Shown here in pieces: positions 37,570 to 47,576 of a stretch of 64,000 nucleotides of DNA; within the stretch, counting starts at the first letter, position 1, and every line of letters begins with the position of its first letter. The notes beneath the pieces were generated by a model, which made no database searches, had not been told where the DNA came from, and saw only the letters and a program-made list of their open reading frames with translations. The stretch comes from Acidimicrobiia bacterium. GTDB lineage: Bacteria > Actinomycetota > Acidimicrobiia > Spongiisociales > ZC4RG35. Position numbers and translations under genes: made by a program. The DNA is taken from positions 78,163 through 142,162 of the forward strand of contig JBGTHP010000003.1 in the NCBI GenBank assembly GCA_041746105.1, read 5' to 3'.

Positions 37570-39594
37570 ATGGCTACACAGAAGAAGCCGCCTGCGGCAA
37601 AGTCCATCAAGAGGCGAGCGAGCCGGAAAAAGGATCAGGCTCATGTAATCGACCTCAACCCTGACGAGCGGGCGATCACCCTTCGGCAGGCTGCATACCT
37701 CGCCGACATCACCCGAGTCGAGGGCGAATTGCTCGTGGGAAAAAGGCTGGGCGACCTAGGAGAACTCCTTGAGTGGCGCATCGACCGTTTCTCGTTGTTT
37801 TATCGCAAGGTCTGCGGCCGAGTGGTCAAGACCGACGCTGCCACCGGGATCGTGCACGGGGTTCCCGGTGCCACCGTCCACGTGATGGACACCGACTGTT
37901 CTTTCCTTGGTTACTTCCCGGTGGAACACCCGAACTGGTGGTGGCTGTGGTTGATCAATTGCAAGGAAGAAGAAATCGCGACCACCGTTACCGACGAGTG
38001 CGGGAACTTCTGCGTGTGGATCCCGCGCTGGGACATCGATCGGCTGTTGCGCTGGCGTAAGGAGAGAATCTGTCTGCCCGAGGTCTATCGACCGAATCTG
38101 GGAGATCTGGTCGCGGTGCTGGACCGGCCGCCATTTCCTCAGCCGCCAGAACCGCCCTTTGATCGCGAACACCTTGTGCGCGCGGCCGAGGTCATGGGCA
38201 GTGGCATCGCAGGGCGGGTCGAGTTATTGGCCGGTGACCGAGCCTTTGGCTCCGTCGACGCGATTGCGCCGCTGCTGGAACTGCCGGCGTTTGGTGCCGG
38301 AGAGTTCCCGCCGCCTTTGACCCCGGAGGCAGTGGAGCGTCTAGACGTTCTCCGGTACGAGAAGATTCCTCAGCCGTACGATTCGTTGGCGCTTGGCCCG
38401 TTCTTCCGCTGTCACGACATCTTTGTGCCGGAGTGGACGACGATCTTCGACATCCCGGACATCAACTTCAAGGTGACCCAGGATGTCGACGAGGACGACG
38501 ACGAAGAGACCATCTACGACGAAGGTATCTTCGACGTCCGCTGGAACGCCGGTGACATTCCGAACGTGGTTCTGGAGGCATGGCCGGGGGCGAGGGTCTC
38601 TCACATATGCGACGGACCCGACATCCCTTGTGAAACGGTGCCAAGTATTGAAACCGTGGGCTTGATGCCGCTCCAGCCGTCACACCACGATGCGGACGGG
38701 TATTCGACCAGGGTCAATCGGCCGCGACCCAGCGGGTTGAGCACCGGGCCACAGGCTCCAGGAGAGAGCGCACAGGCGCCGTACGCGGGAACGCTTCAGC
38801 TTCACGGCTGCCATCACATCGCCGGAAAGTCGTTCTACCGATTGGTCTACCGCCATCGGCCAACGCTCACGGGAACGCTGACGTCAGAGGTGCCGTTCAC
38901 CGCGCTCTCGTGGTGGGCGCCCCGGATCGGGACCGGTCCGGTTCATGTCGTGCCGGACGCCGATGGCTGGTATCCGATCCTCAATGCGCCGGACATGGTG
39001 TTTCCGCATTGGCTCTTGAACTGGCCGACCACGAGCTTTCCGCACGGTCAGTATGAAGTGCGGCTGCAAGTGGCGAACGCAGCCAAAGCTGCGATCGTGT
39101 CGAGTGCGCCCATCGCATTCGTGGTCGACAACCGGAGTCCCAACGCCGGTTTCACCCAGTTGAGGTGGCGGGTGGGCGGTTCCCCTACGTGGGAGACGCT
39201 TCCGGCCGTGTGCCCCGTCATCGACAGACCCACCGGCAGCAAGATCGAGATCGAAGCGAGTTGGTATGCGAACGCCGTCCACTTCCGCAACGCCTTGTTG
39301 ACGGCCGGCGGTTGTGGCAGCTCGTCGCCGGTGAGGCTGGATGGCCCGCCACCGGCGTCGCCGTCCGATTTCGATCATTGGCACACCGGGGACACCGACA
39401 ATTCGATCGTCAGGGTTGGGATTTTCGAGATTCCGGCCGGTGCTCTGGCCGGGTGTTACTCGTTGGCCATCGACGCTCATACCAGAGCCTTCAACCCGGC
39501 CGGCGACGGCGGAGGACCGGGGACCAATTGGCTCGAGAACTATGCATATTCACACCTCCACCCGAGTGTTTCGGTGTCGGTGGTCGACGTCTGA
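37570..39594 (+). CDS. Large Cys/Pro/Trp-rich hypothetical protein (N-terminal transthyretin/carboxypeptidase-regulatory-like segment)
   Basis: Long ORF with AAGGGGG RBS and its own terminator; 'VCGRV.K....VPGATVHV.DTD' and 'TTVTDECGNFCV'. Confidence 0.8.
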   Translation: MATQKKPPAAKSIKRRASRKKDQAHVIDLNPDERAITLRQAAYLADITRVEGELLVGKRLGDLGELLEWRIDRFSLFYRKVCGRVVKTDAATGIVHGVPGATVHVMDTDCSFLGYFPVEHPNWWWLWLINCKEEEIATTVTDECGNFCVWIPRWDIDRLLRWRKERICLPEVYRPNLGDLVAVLDRPPFPQPPEPPFDREHLVRAAEVMGSGIAGRVELLAGDRAFGSVDAIAPLLELPAFGAGEFPPPLTPEAVERLDVLRYEKIPQPYDSLALGPFFRCHDIFVPEWTTIFDIPDINFKVTQDVDEDDDEETIYDEGIFDVRWNAGDIPNVVLEAWPGARVSHICDGPDIPCETVPSIETVGLMPLQPSHHDADGYSTRVNRPRPSGLSTGPQAPGESAQAPYAGTLQLHGCHHIAGKSFYRLVYRHRPTLTGTLTSEVPFTALSWWAPRIGTGPVHVVPDADGWYPILNAPDMVFPHWLLNWPTTSFPHGQYEVRLQVANAAKAAIVSSAPIAFVVDNRSPNAGFTQLRWRVGGSPTWETLPAVCPVIDRPTGSKIEIEASWYANAVHFRNALLTAGGCGSSSPVRLDGPPPASPSDFDHWHTGDTDNSIVRVGIFEIPAGALAGCYSLAIDAHTRAFNPAGDGGGPGTNWLENYAYSHLHPSVSVSVVDV

Positions 39595-39610
39595 GTCGAA
39601 TCAGGCCACG

Positions 39611-39639
39611 AAGGGGCGGGCTCTGTTCCGCCCCTTTTT
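39611..39639 (+). terminator. Intrinsic terminator AAGGGGCGG-loop-CCGCCCCTT-TTT
   Basis: GC stem plus T-tract between convergent genes. Confidence 0.8.
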
Positions 39640-39662
39640 GGTGTCTGGAGAGTCAATCGATG

Positions 39663-40400
39663 TCACCCCCGCCGGCGATGGCTGAAGCGATCGGCGGCGG
39701 CGGTCACATGTTGGGTGATCTCTTCCTTCCGCTGCGCTGGAAAACGGTACGACGGGCCGTGAACCGATATGGCGCCGATCACGGTGTCATCGGAAAAAAC
39801 GGGAGCAGCCATCGAAGTGAGCCCTTCTGCGAACTCTTCGAACGCCCAGTGGTATCCGACCGATCGAGTCCGTTCCAGTCGCTCTCTGATCAAATCCGGC
39901 TCGACGACCGAGTTGGTTGTGTAGCGAGCCAGATCCATCTCGAGATAGGCGTTGATCTTCTCGTCGGGCCAATGCGCCATGATCGCAACACCGGCAGAAG
40001 CGATATGCATGGGCGCAAGATTGCCGGTGTAGTCCTTGACCTGGACCGCATTGGCTGCTTCCTCCTGGACGGCATGCTGGACATGGTTACCGACCTGAAT
40101 CGCGAAGCCTGCGGCCTCGGCAACGTGGGCCGAGAGTTCGATCAGGTGGGGGCGAACCGTAACGATCAGCGCAGCAGTCGAATCGTCAGAACGGGCAAGC
40201 TCGTCGACACCGCGACCGATCGTGTATGACCCCCACTGGTCCTTGCGGACGGCATCGAGGCGTTCGAGGGTTGCCAGAAGCCTGACAACGGTGGACTTGG
40301 CCAGGCCCGTGCTGTCTGCGACGTTGCTCAGGGTCGCCGGACCAAGCGCGACATGGCGCAGGACCTCAAAGGCCCTTTCGATCGAGCGTACCGTTTCCAT
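39663..40400 (-). CDS. IclR family transcriptional regulator
   Basis: 'VRSIERAFEVL...GLAKSTVVRLLATL', 'PMHIASAG', 'EEFAEGLTSMAAPV'. Confidence 0.92.
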   Translation of the reverse strand: METVRSIERAFEVLRHVALGPATLSNVADSTGLAKSTVVRLLATLERLDAVRKDQWGSYTIGRGVDELARSDDSTAALIVTVRPHLIELSAHVAEAAGFAIQVGNHVQHAVQEEAANAVQVKDYTGNLAPMHIASAGVAIMAHWPDEKINAYLEMDLARYTTNSVVEPDLIRERLERTRSVGYHWAFEEFAEGLTSMAAPVFSDDTVIGAISVHGPSYRFPAQRKEEITQHVTAAADRFSHRRRG

Positions 40401-40453
40401 GGTCTGCAGCGCCTCGGTCTGACTATGCGAGAGAGTGGTCCTCTCGACCCGGC

Positions 40454-42502
40454 TCAAGTTTCGGCTTGAGCTGCCGTTCCTTCGTCCATCGCCTGAAGAC
40501 GACGCAACTCGTCCAGCGGGATGTGACAGGACATACGATGGTTGTCCTCTACATAAACGATTGGCGGCTCGGTCACGTCGCACACGCCTTCGATGAAACG
40601 GTGACAGCGGGTGTGGAATACACAACCGGACGGCGGGTTGGCGGGACTTGGAATCTCGCCATGGAGTCTGATACGAACCGCGGTGGATCCGTCGACCGAG
40701 GGCACGGCCGACAGCAGCGCTTCGGTATAGGGGTGGTGAGGGCCGTTGAATATCTGGTCGGTCGTCCCGACTTCCATAAAACGCCCGAGGTACATCACGG
40801 CGATGCGATCCGCCAGGTAGCGGACAACCCCGAGATCGTGGCTGATGAACAGGTAGCTGGTCTTCTCCTGGGTTTGGAGATCCGCGAGGAGGTTGAGAAT
40901 CGCCGCCTGGACCGACACGTCGAGTGCACTGGTTGGCTCATCACAAACAACTACCCGCGGGTCACCGGCAAAAGCGCGAGCGATCGCAACCCGCTGTTTG
41001 AGCCCGCCGGATAGCTGGCGTGGACGCATGTCGAGATGGCGGGGGGTCAGTCGAAGGGCAGCAGCGAGCGTCTCCACCTTCTCGTCGGCGGCCTTCCCCG
41101 AAAGGCCGGTGAGCTTGGTCACTGTCCGCTTCAGGATTCTCCGCACGGTCCACATCTTGTTGAGAGCCGAATCCGGATTCTGAAAAACGATCTGCATGGC
41201 GCCCATCTCCGCAGCAGACCGTGCCGAAGAGAGTCCGGCGAGGGCTTCGTCGTCGAGGCTTATGGTGCTGCCCTCGTCCGGCGCGTGAATACCCAGGATG
41301 GCCTTGGCGAGGGTGCTCTTGCCTGACCCGGACTCGCCCACCAGACCCAGCGTCTCGCCGTTCTCCAGCCGCATGTCGATGCCAACAAGGGCGGGAACCT
41401 CGTGACGTTGCTGCTTGAAAGTTTTTGAGACTTGATGGAGTTTGATGACGATGCGTCCATCCAGTGTCCTGTCGGAGTCGTCGGCGGGCGGCTCCGGAAT
41501 TTCGTCGAGGCGATCGACGTGGTGACAGCGAGTGAAGTGCCCGTCTCTGACATCGACCACCGGCGGCTCTTCGGTCCGGCACAGGTCGTCGGCGATGACA
41601 CAGCGGTCCACGAACACGCAGGTCGGGAGGGGTGTCCCGATCTGGGGTAGCGTTCCCGGAATGCTGAACAGCGCCCGCTCGGTCTTCCGCACCCCATGGC
41701 GTGGCAGGGAACGGAGAAGCCCGACGGTGTAGGGATGTTGCGGGTCTTCGAAGACCTGCACCGCGTTGCCTTCTTCGACGATCTTGCCCGCGTACATCAC
41801 ACCGACTCGGTCGCACATGGTCCGGATGACGCCGAGGTTGTGGGCGATCAGGAGAACGGCCGAGCGATGATCATTGCGAAGCGCCCTGATCAGGTCCAGA
41901 ACTTCGGCTTCCACCGTCGCGTCGAGACCGGTCGTTGGTTCATCGAGGATGAGCAACTCCGGATCTGAGGCCAAGGCCATCGCGATGACAACTCTCTGTT
42001 GCATTCCGCCGGACAACTGATGGGGGTAACGGTCCATGACCCGGTCGGGGTCGGCGATCCGCACCTCGTCGAGTGCCTTGCGGGCGAGTTGGCGGGCCTT
42101 TTCTTTGTCGTGGCCGAGCACGGTGAAGCACTCCACCACCTGGCGGCCGATCTTGAGCGTCGGGTTCAGTGCCCCGCTTGGGTCCTGGTAGACCATGGAG
42201 GCGTGTTTCGTTCGAAGGGTGCGTATGTCGGAGGTGGACATCTTGGTGACGTCCTCTCCACCGACGTTTATCTGGCCGCCGGTGATGACGCCGTTGGATG
42301 GGAGATAACGGACGGCGGCATAGGCGGTGGTGCTCTTCCCGCATCCGGACTCGCCCACCAATCCATACGCCTCTCCCGGAGCGACCGAGAAGTCGACACC
42401 CCGAAGCACTGCACGGGGGATTCCGCGTACGTTGTATGCCAGATGGAGGTCCTTGACCTCGAGCGCCGGCTGGATCGGTTCGAAGCTGGGTTGTGCTGTC
42501 AT
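40454..42502 (-). CDS. Fused double ATP-binding subunit (DppD+DppF type) of a peptide-family ABC importer
   Basis: Two Walker A (GESGCGKST, GESGSGKST), two LSGG signatures, two C-terminal Cys-rich domains. Confidence 0.93.
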   Translation of the reverse strand: MTAQPSFEPIQPALEVKDLHLAYNVRGIPRAVLRGVDFSVAPGEAYGLVGESGCGKSTTAYAAVRYLPSNGVITGGQINVGGEDVTKMSTSDIRTLRTKHASMVYQDPSGALNPTLKIGRQVVECFTVLGHDKEKARQLARKALDEVRIADPDRVMDRYPHQLSGGMQQRVVIAMALASDPELLILDEPTTGLDATVEAEVLDLIRALRNDHRSAVLLIAHNLGVIRTMCDRVGVMYAGKIVEEGNAVQVFEDPQHPYTVGLLRSLPRHGVRKTERALFSIPGTLPQIGTPLPTCVFVDRCVIADDLCRTEEPPVVDVRDGHFTRCHHVDRLDEIPEPPADDSDRTLDGRIVIKLHQVSKTFKQQRHEVPALVGIDMRLENGETLGLVGESGSGKSTLAKAILGIHAPDEGSTISLDDEALAGLSSARSAAEMGAMQIVFQNPDSALNKMWTVRRILKRTVTKLTGLSGKAADEKVETLAAALRLTPRHLDMRPRQLSGGLKQRVAIARAFAGDPRVVVCDEPTSALDVSVQAAILNLLADLQTQEKTSYLFISHDLGVVRYLADRIAVMYLGRFMEVGTTDQIFNGPHHPYTEALLSAVPSVDGSTAVRIRLHGEIPSPANPPSGCVFHTRCHRFIEGVCDVTEPPIVYVEDNHRMSCHIPLDELRRLQAMDEGTAAQAET

Positions 42503-43395
42503 GAGGAGACCACCGATTCGATCGAGTCTGCGATGAGATTGGCCGCGATGACCAGGCTGGCAATGGCGAGAGCGGGGAACAACGTCGGCCACCATTGTCC
42601 GGCTTGGATGAGGCCGTAGTTGTCGGCGATGGCCAGACCCCAGTCCGGAGCGGGAGGCTGGATACCGGCCCCCAGGAAGGAGAGGGTTGCCACGGTGAAG
42701 ACCGCATACGCGATACGGACGGTGAGCTCGACGATGATGACGCCGGTGATGTTGGGCAATATCTCTCTGAACATGATGAAGGTGGCGCCTTCGCCGCGCA
42801 GCCTCGCCGACTCGACATAGTCGAGTCGACTCTCGGTGATAACCGCGGTTCGAATCGTTCTGGTCACCACCGGTGTGAAAAGCACGGCGATGGTTCCAAT
42901 CACAACCGGCCTCGAGTTCCCCACCGCCACGACCACGAGAAGAGCCAGCAGGACGGCCGGCAACGACAGGATGGCTTCGATGAAACGGCCGATGATCTCG
43001 TCGACGGCACCGCGGAAGTAGCCCGTGACCAGCCCGAGAACGGTGCCGGTGATGATCGCCAGAACTGCCGCAAGCGGTGCAAGCACCAGGACGTCTCGAG
43101 CGCCTGCCATGACCCGAGATAAAACGTCACGCCCAAGCACATCAGTCCCAAACCAGTGAGCGGCGTTGGGTCGCTGGCTCGAAACGTCGAAGTCACTCAG
43201 GGGGTGATAAGGCGTGATGGCAGAACCAAAGACGGCGCAGACCACCCAGAAGAGCAGGATCACTGAACCGATGATGAAGCTGGGCCGTCGCAGCAGCAAC
43301 CTGAGTCTTTCACGGCGAGCCTGCTTTTTCTCCGAGCGCATATCGATCACTTCAGGTTGAGCCGCTCCACTTTCCGGAGGCGTTTCGATTGTCAT
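42499..43395 (-). CDS. ABC permease (DppC type)
   Basis: 'HWFGTD.LGRDVLSRV', 'YVESARLRG', 'LSFLG.G..PP.PDWG'. Confidence 0.93.
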   Translation of the reverse strand: MTIETPPESGAAQPEVIDMRSEKKQARRERLRLLLRRPSFIIGSVILLFWVVCAVFGSAITPYHPLSDFDVSSQRPNAAHWFGTDVLGRDVLSRVMAGARDVLVLAPLAAVLAIITGTVLGLVTGYFRGAVDEIIGRFIEAILSLPAVLLALLVVVAVGNSRPVVIGTIAVLFTPVVTRTIRTAVITESRLDYVESARLRGEGATFIMFREILPNITGVIIVELTVRIAYAVFTVATLSFLGAGIQPPAPDWGLAIADNYGLIQAGQWWPTLFPALAIASLVIAANLIADSIESVVSS

Positions 43396-44345
43396 GTACC
43401 GGCCCCCTGACGTGAGCGTGGGTTCATCCAGGAAACGGTCAGGTCGGCGAGCAACGTGAAGACCATGTAGACGAGGGCGATCAGGATCACTCCCGCCGTC
43501 AAAATGGGGTAATCCTTGTCTCCGGCGGCCACGAAGATGCGGCGTCCGAGGCCGGGATAGTTGAAAACAATTTCGAGAGCAACCAGACCTCCGAACAGAT
43601 AACCCACTGCCACCCCGATCACCGTCACAGTTTCCTGGAGCGCGTTGCGCAGGACATGACGCCGAACAACTTGGCGCGGAGCCAATCCCTTCATATAGGC
43701 GGTTCTGGTGTAGTCGCTGGCAAACGCCTTGATGGCGCCGTTACGAGTGATGCGGGCGATATAGCCGAAGTAGACAACGGCAAGTGCTATCCCCGGCAGC
43801 AGGAGGTGTTCGAGCTCGACCAAAAAACTGGAACCAGATGGGGCCAAGGCCAATGCAGGGAGCCAGCCCAATTCGACCCCGATCAGGTATTGGAGCACGG
43901 CCGCCGAGACGAATTCGGGGATGGAGGCACTTGCCAGACCCATGGTCACGACGGCGCGATCGGCAAAGGTGTCCTTTCGTCTGGCGGCGTATATGCCGGC
44001 GGCGATGCTGATCGGGATCGTGAGAATGAGTGCGAGGATGACGAGCTTGGCCGAACGCCACAGATCTGGGAAAAGGATCTCCCTCACAGGCTTGTTGAAG
44101 GTGAAAGAAGTGCCGAAGTCGAAGGTGGCGGTGTTCTTCAGAACGCGCCAGTATTGGGTGGCGAGAGGGTCGTTCGACCCGATCCGCGCGGCGATGATGT
44201 CGACTTGTTCTTGTTGTGCGAATGGTCCCGCAATCCGGCGGGCGGGATCCCCGGGAAGCACGTTGAGGATGAAGAACACCGCGGTGATTATCAAGATCAA
44301 CGTGATCACGGCGAGACCCAACCGGCGTGCGATAAACCTCCCCAT
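43392..44345 (-). CDS. ABC permease (DppB type)
   Basis: 'LPGDPA', 'DYTRTAYMKGL', 'HVLRNA', 'E.VFNYPGLG', 'DYP'. Confidence 0.93.
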   Translation of the reverse strand: MGRFIARRLGLAVITLILIITAVFFILNVLPGDPARRIAGPFAQQEQVDIIAARIGSNDPLATQYWRVLKNTATFDFGTSFTFNKPVREILFPDLWRSAKLVILALILTIPISIAAGIYAARRKDTFADRAVVTMGLASASIPEFVSAAVLQYLIGVELGWLPALALAPSGSSFLVELEHLLLPGIALAVVYFGYIARITRNGAIKAFASDYTRTAYMKGLAPRQVVRRHVLRNALQETVTVIGVAVGYLFGGLVALEIVFNYPGLGRRIFVAAGDKDYPILTAGVILIALVYMVFTLLADLTVSWMNPRSRQGAGT

Positions 44346-44392
44346 TATTGGGTTCCCTCCATTCGCATCTGTCTCCTTGGGTTGTGGTGTCG

Positions 44393-44430
44393 GTTGGCGG
44401 GAGCGCCCTGAGACGCCCCCGCCCTCCAAC
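44393..44430 (-). other. Intercistronic stem-loop after the SBP gene (mRNA stabiliser/attenuator)
   Basis: Minus strand GGCGGGGGCG-8nt-CGCTCCCGCC right after the SBP stop. Confidence 0.55.
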
Positions 44431-44432
44431 AA

Positions 44433-46133
44433 TCATCCAACCTTTGAGGCCTTGCCCAGGTACGGGTGGCCAAGTGCCGACACCTGGATTCCGGTGAAGT
44501 CCTTGCTGTGGGCCGACAAGTAGTTGTAGAAATACGCCAACCCGACCGGAACCTCGTCCGTGAGGAGACGCTGGATCTTGCCCAGTGCCGTGGTTTTGGC
44601 CGACACATCGGCGGCGGCCGAGTATTCATCGACCAGGCCGTCGAATTCGGAACTCGCATATTGCGACGAGTTCCATATGGCATTGCTGGTGAGAGCATTG
44701 TTGAAATAGACGTCGGGGGTAGGCCGATGCCCGTAGTCGACGATGCCCAACTCTGTCGCACCAGAGCACGGCGGACTTGCTGGTTCTCCCGGGCACCATG
44801 CATTTCCGTAGAAGGTGTCGAGGCTTTCACCGGCCAGGGTGAGATTGATCCCCGCTTCTGCCGCTCCGGCCTGAATCAGCTGTGCCAGCTGCGGGATCTC
44901 CTGGAAGTCCGCATGGTTGAGCGTCGCCGAGAATCCGTCGGGCAGCCCGGCGTCCGCCAGCAACTGCTTCGCCATCTCGATGTCGCGAGGGCGCTGTTCT
45001 TGGGAGGCGTCGAAGCCCTCAAAGAATGGTGCAACGACGTGATCGTTGGCGACCACTGCCTTGCCCTTGTAGAGCACCTCGACCATCTTGGGCCGGTCGA
45101 AGGTGTACGCCAGGGCCTGGCGGACGCGCTTGTCGGTGAACTGCCCCTGATCGACCCGCATCCAGATTTCGCGGTGGTTGGCGGTTGGCGTCTCGAGGAC
45201 AACGAAGTTGGAATCGTTGAGTAATGCATCGCCGCCGATCACTTGGAACTGGATCACACCGTCCACGGCGCCCGAGACGGCAGCGCTGATGTTGGTGGCC
45301 AGGTCGTCGAAGAACTGGAACTCCACGGTGTCGAGGCTGGGATTGCCGCCCCACCAGTCTGGGTTCTTCTCGTAGGTGGCACCAGTTGATGCGTCGAAGT
45401 CGACGAGTTTGAACGGACCGGTTCCGTTCTTCACCGCGTCGAGGGTGGTGCCGATCTCGTAGTTCACCGGTGTGATCGGCGTCTGCGCGTTGTAAAGCGA
45501 GAGAAGGGCGGGAAGGTTTCCGTTGGGCTTGTTCAGCTGAACGACGGCGACCGCCGGGTCGCTCGCATCGACTGCCCCTGCTGCCAGGAATCCGCCGGCC
45601 GTTAGGCCTCCGATGTTGCCTTCGGCGATGCGATCCATCGTGGCCGCCACATCGGCGGAGGTGAAGTCGCTGCCGTCGTGCCACTTGACCCCCTGGCGGA
45701 GGTTGAAGGTCCAGATGGTGGCGTCGTCGTTGGCCGACCAACTTTCGGCGAGGCCGGGGGCGAGCCCACCGTCGTCGGCGAGGGCGAGAAGGTACTCGAA
45801 TGACATCGCAATGAGGCCGTAGGTGCCGAGGTCCTGCATCAGAATCGGGTCGAGGGCGCTTGCCGGTGTCTGGGTGCCCATCCTGAACAAACCACCGGCC
45901 TGCGGGGTGCCGCCGCCCTGGGTGGTTGCGACCCCACCGGCAGTTGTGGTTGTGGCGGTGTCGCCGCCGCAGGCGGCGATGACGGCAGACATCGAGGTCA
46001 TTCCGAGACCGAGGATTGTTCCGCGGCGGATGAAATCGCGGCGGGAGATCTTGTTCGCTGCGTAGTGATCAATCAGATCGACTTCGAGTGGCGTAGAGTT
46101 CCGCCGAACTCGGTCGAGTAGGTTCCAGTTCAT
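44433..46133 (-). CDS. Family 5 substrate-binding protein, Tat-exported lipoprotein
   Basis: 'SRRDFIRR' twin-arginine motif, lipobox 'IAAC', 'LAESW......WTFNLRQGVKWHDG'; start at 46133 or 46139. Confidence 0.93.
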   Translation of the reverse strand: MNWNLLDRVRRNSTPLEVDLIDHYAANKISRRDFIRRGTILGLGMTSMSAVIAACGGDTATTTTAGGVATTQGGGTPQAGGLFRMGTQTPASALDPILMQDLGTYGLIAMSFEYLLALADDGGLAPGLAESWSANDDATIWTFNLRQGVKWHDGSDFTSADVAATMDRIAEGNIGGLTAGGFLAAGAVDASDPAVAVVQLNKPNGNLPALLSLYNAQTPITPVNYEIGTTLDAVKNGTGPFKLVDFDASTGATYEKNPDWWGGNPSLDTVEFQFFDDLATNISAAVSGAVDGVIQFQVIGGDALLNDSNFVVLETPTANHREIWMRVDQGQFTDKRVRQALAYTFDRPKMVEVLYKGKAVVANDHVVAPFFEGFDASQEQRPRDIEMAKQLLADAGLPDGFSATLNHADFQEIPQLAQLIQAGAAEAGINLTLAGESLDTFYGNAWCPGEPASPPCSGATELGIVDYGHRPTPDVYFNNALTSNAIWNSSQYASSEFDGLVDEYSAAADVSAKTTALGKIQRLLTDEVPVGLAYFYNYLSAHSKDFTGIQVSALGHPYLGKASKVG

Positions 46134-46262
46134 GCTCACCTCTCCGTGGGTTCAGGCGCGAACACGTCGCGCCTCGGTCAGTTGAATCCTGGCACGGTTT
46201 CCCGGGGAATGCACCGAAGGCCGGTTTTGATGTCCGCCGATTGCCCGCGCCCTGACTCAACG

Positions 46263-46297
46263 ATTCCACCATACAGAACAGTTCCACCTCGTGGCAC
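46263..46297. promoter_or_regulatory. Putative IclR operator pair ATTCCACCATACAGAAC / GTTCCACCTCGTGGCAC
   Basis: Tandem imperfect 17-bp palindromes sharing TTCCACC in the divergent intergenic region. Confidence 0.4.
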
Positions 46298-46481
46298 GCG
46301 GAATCGGGTTTTTCTTCTTGAGGGTGTGCACGGCATCCGTCGCCCACGGACAGCCCTGAAACTGGTGCGATCGACTCAGACCCCTCCGGCGCGACGTTTA
46401 TACTCGCTGCCCCATGAGGGCCCCGTTCGAATGTGAATGTTCCCAGTCCGGCTTCGGTCTGGTCGGCGCCGGAGAAGACCG

Positions 46482-47576
46482 TTGACGGCCCTGGCGCGCA
46501 CTGCCCGTTTACGGGTCACTCCATATACGAGCAGGGTCGAGGCGGCCGGCGTGAAGGCATATTCGGTGTACAACCACATGTTATTGCCTGGCAGCTTTCG
46601 GGGTCTCGAGAATGATTACTGGCACCTACGGTCCTCCGTGCAGATCTGGGATGTCAGCTGTCAGCGCCAAATCGAGATCAGCGGGGTGGAAGCCGATCAA
46701 CTTGCTCAACTGCTCACAGTCAGGGATATCCGCAACGTTGCCGTCGGCCGGTGCGTTTACGCCCCGGTTGTGGACTTTGACGGTGGATTGATCAACGACC
46801 CCGTTGTTATACATGCCGGTCCCGACCGGTGGTGGTTCTCCCTCGCCGATTCCGACCTCGGACTTTGGGCCGAAGGCCTGGCGCGGGGTTATGGCATGGA
46901 GGTTCGGGTCGCCGAGTTGGATGTCTGGCCTCTTGCGATCCAAGGACCCAAATCAGAGGACGTGATGTCTCTCGTGTTTGGTGAGGCCGTCCGATCAATC
47001 CGGTTCTTCCAATTCGAGCGGCTCGAGTTCGAGGGTCGATCCATGATCGTGGCGCGTTCCGGTTGGTCGGCTCAAGGCGGTTTTGAGGTCTACGTGGACG
47101 ATGCCGACGTCGGCGTTGCGTTGTACGACGCCTTGATGGAAGCGGGGGGAGCTTTCGACATCGGACCGGGCGGACCCAATCTCATCGAGCGGATCGAGGC
47201 AGGATTGTTGTCCTACGGCGGCGACATGACCCGAGACAACAACCCGCTCGAATGCGGTCTGGATCAATATTGCTCCTTGTCCTCCGACATGGAGGCGATC
47301 GGACTGTCGGCGCTGAGGGCTCACTCAGAGCGGCCATTGGCTCGTCGGATCCGAGGGTTGACCATCGAGGGACCGCCACTTGAACCTCTGGTTGCGAGAT
47401 GGCCGCTCCGCGGTGATCAGGGTCCGATCGGTGCGGTGACTTCAGCTGCATGGTCGCCTCGCCTGAAGAAGAACATCGCTCTGGCGATGGTGGACACGGG
47501 AGCACCGGATCTGGTCGAGGTCGAAACCCCGAGCGGGTCCAGAAGCGCAGAAGTGGGTGCGCCCCGGTTCCCTTGA
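46482..47576 (+). CDS. dmdA: GcvT-family THF-dependent demethylase, DmdA (DMSP demethylase)-like
   Basis: Blocks 'VEAAGVK.Y.VYNHMLLP', 'WDVSCQRQ', 'VFGEAVR.IRFF', 'ARSGWS.QGGFE', 'PN.IER.E.GLLSYG.DMTR.N' match DmdA as I recall it; TTG start after GGAG. Confidence 0.75.
   Translation: MTALARTARLRVTPYTSRVEAAGVKAYSVYNHMLLPGSFRGLENDYWHLRSSVQIWDVSCQRQIEISGVEADQLAQLLTVRDIRNVAVGRCVYAPVVDFDGGLINDPVVIHAGPDRWWFSLADSDLGLWAEGLARGYGMEVRVAELDVWPLAIQGPKSEDVMSLVFGEAVRSIRFFQFERLEFEGRSMIVARSGWSAQGGFEVYVDDADVGVALYDALMEAGGAFDIGPGGPNLIERIEAGLLSYGGDMTRDNNPLECGLDQYCSLSSDMEAIGLSALRAHSERPLARRIRGLTIEGPPLEPLVARWPLRGDQGPIGAVTSAAWSPRLKKNIALAMVDTGAPDLVEVETPSGSRSAEVGAPRFP

Noticed and set aside
46140-46481. Glycine riboswitch upstream of the GcvT-family gene
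   Set aside because: No tandem aptamer with the conserved GGAGA...CCGAAG...CTCTCAGG elements in the right orientation
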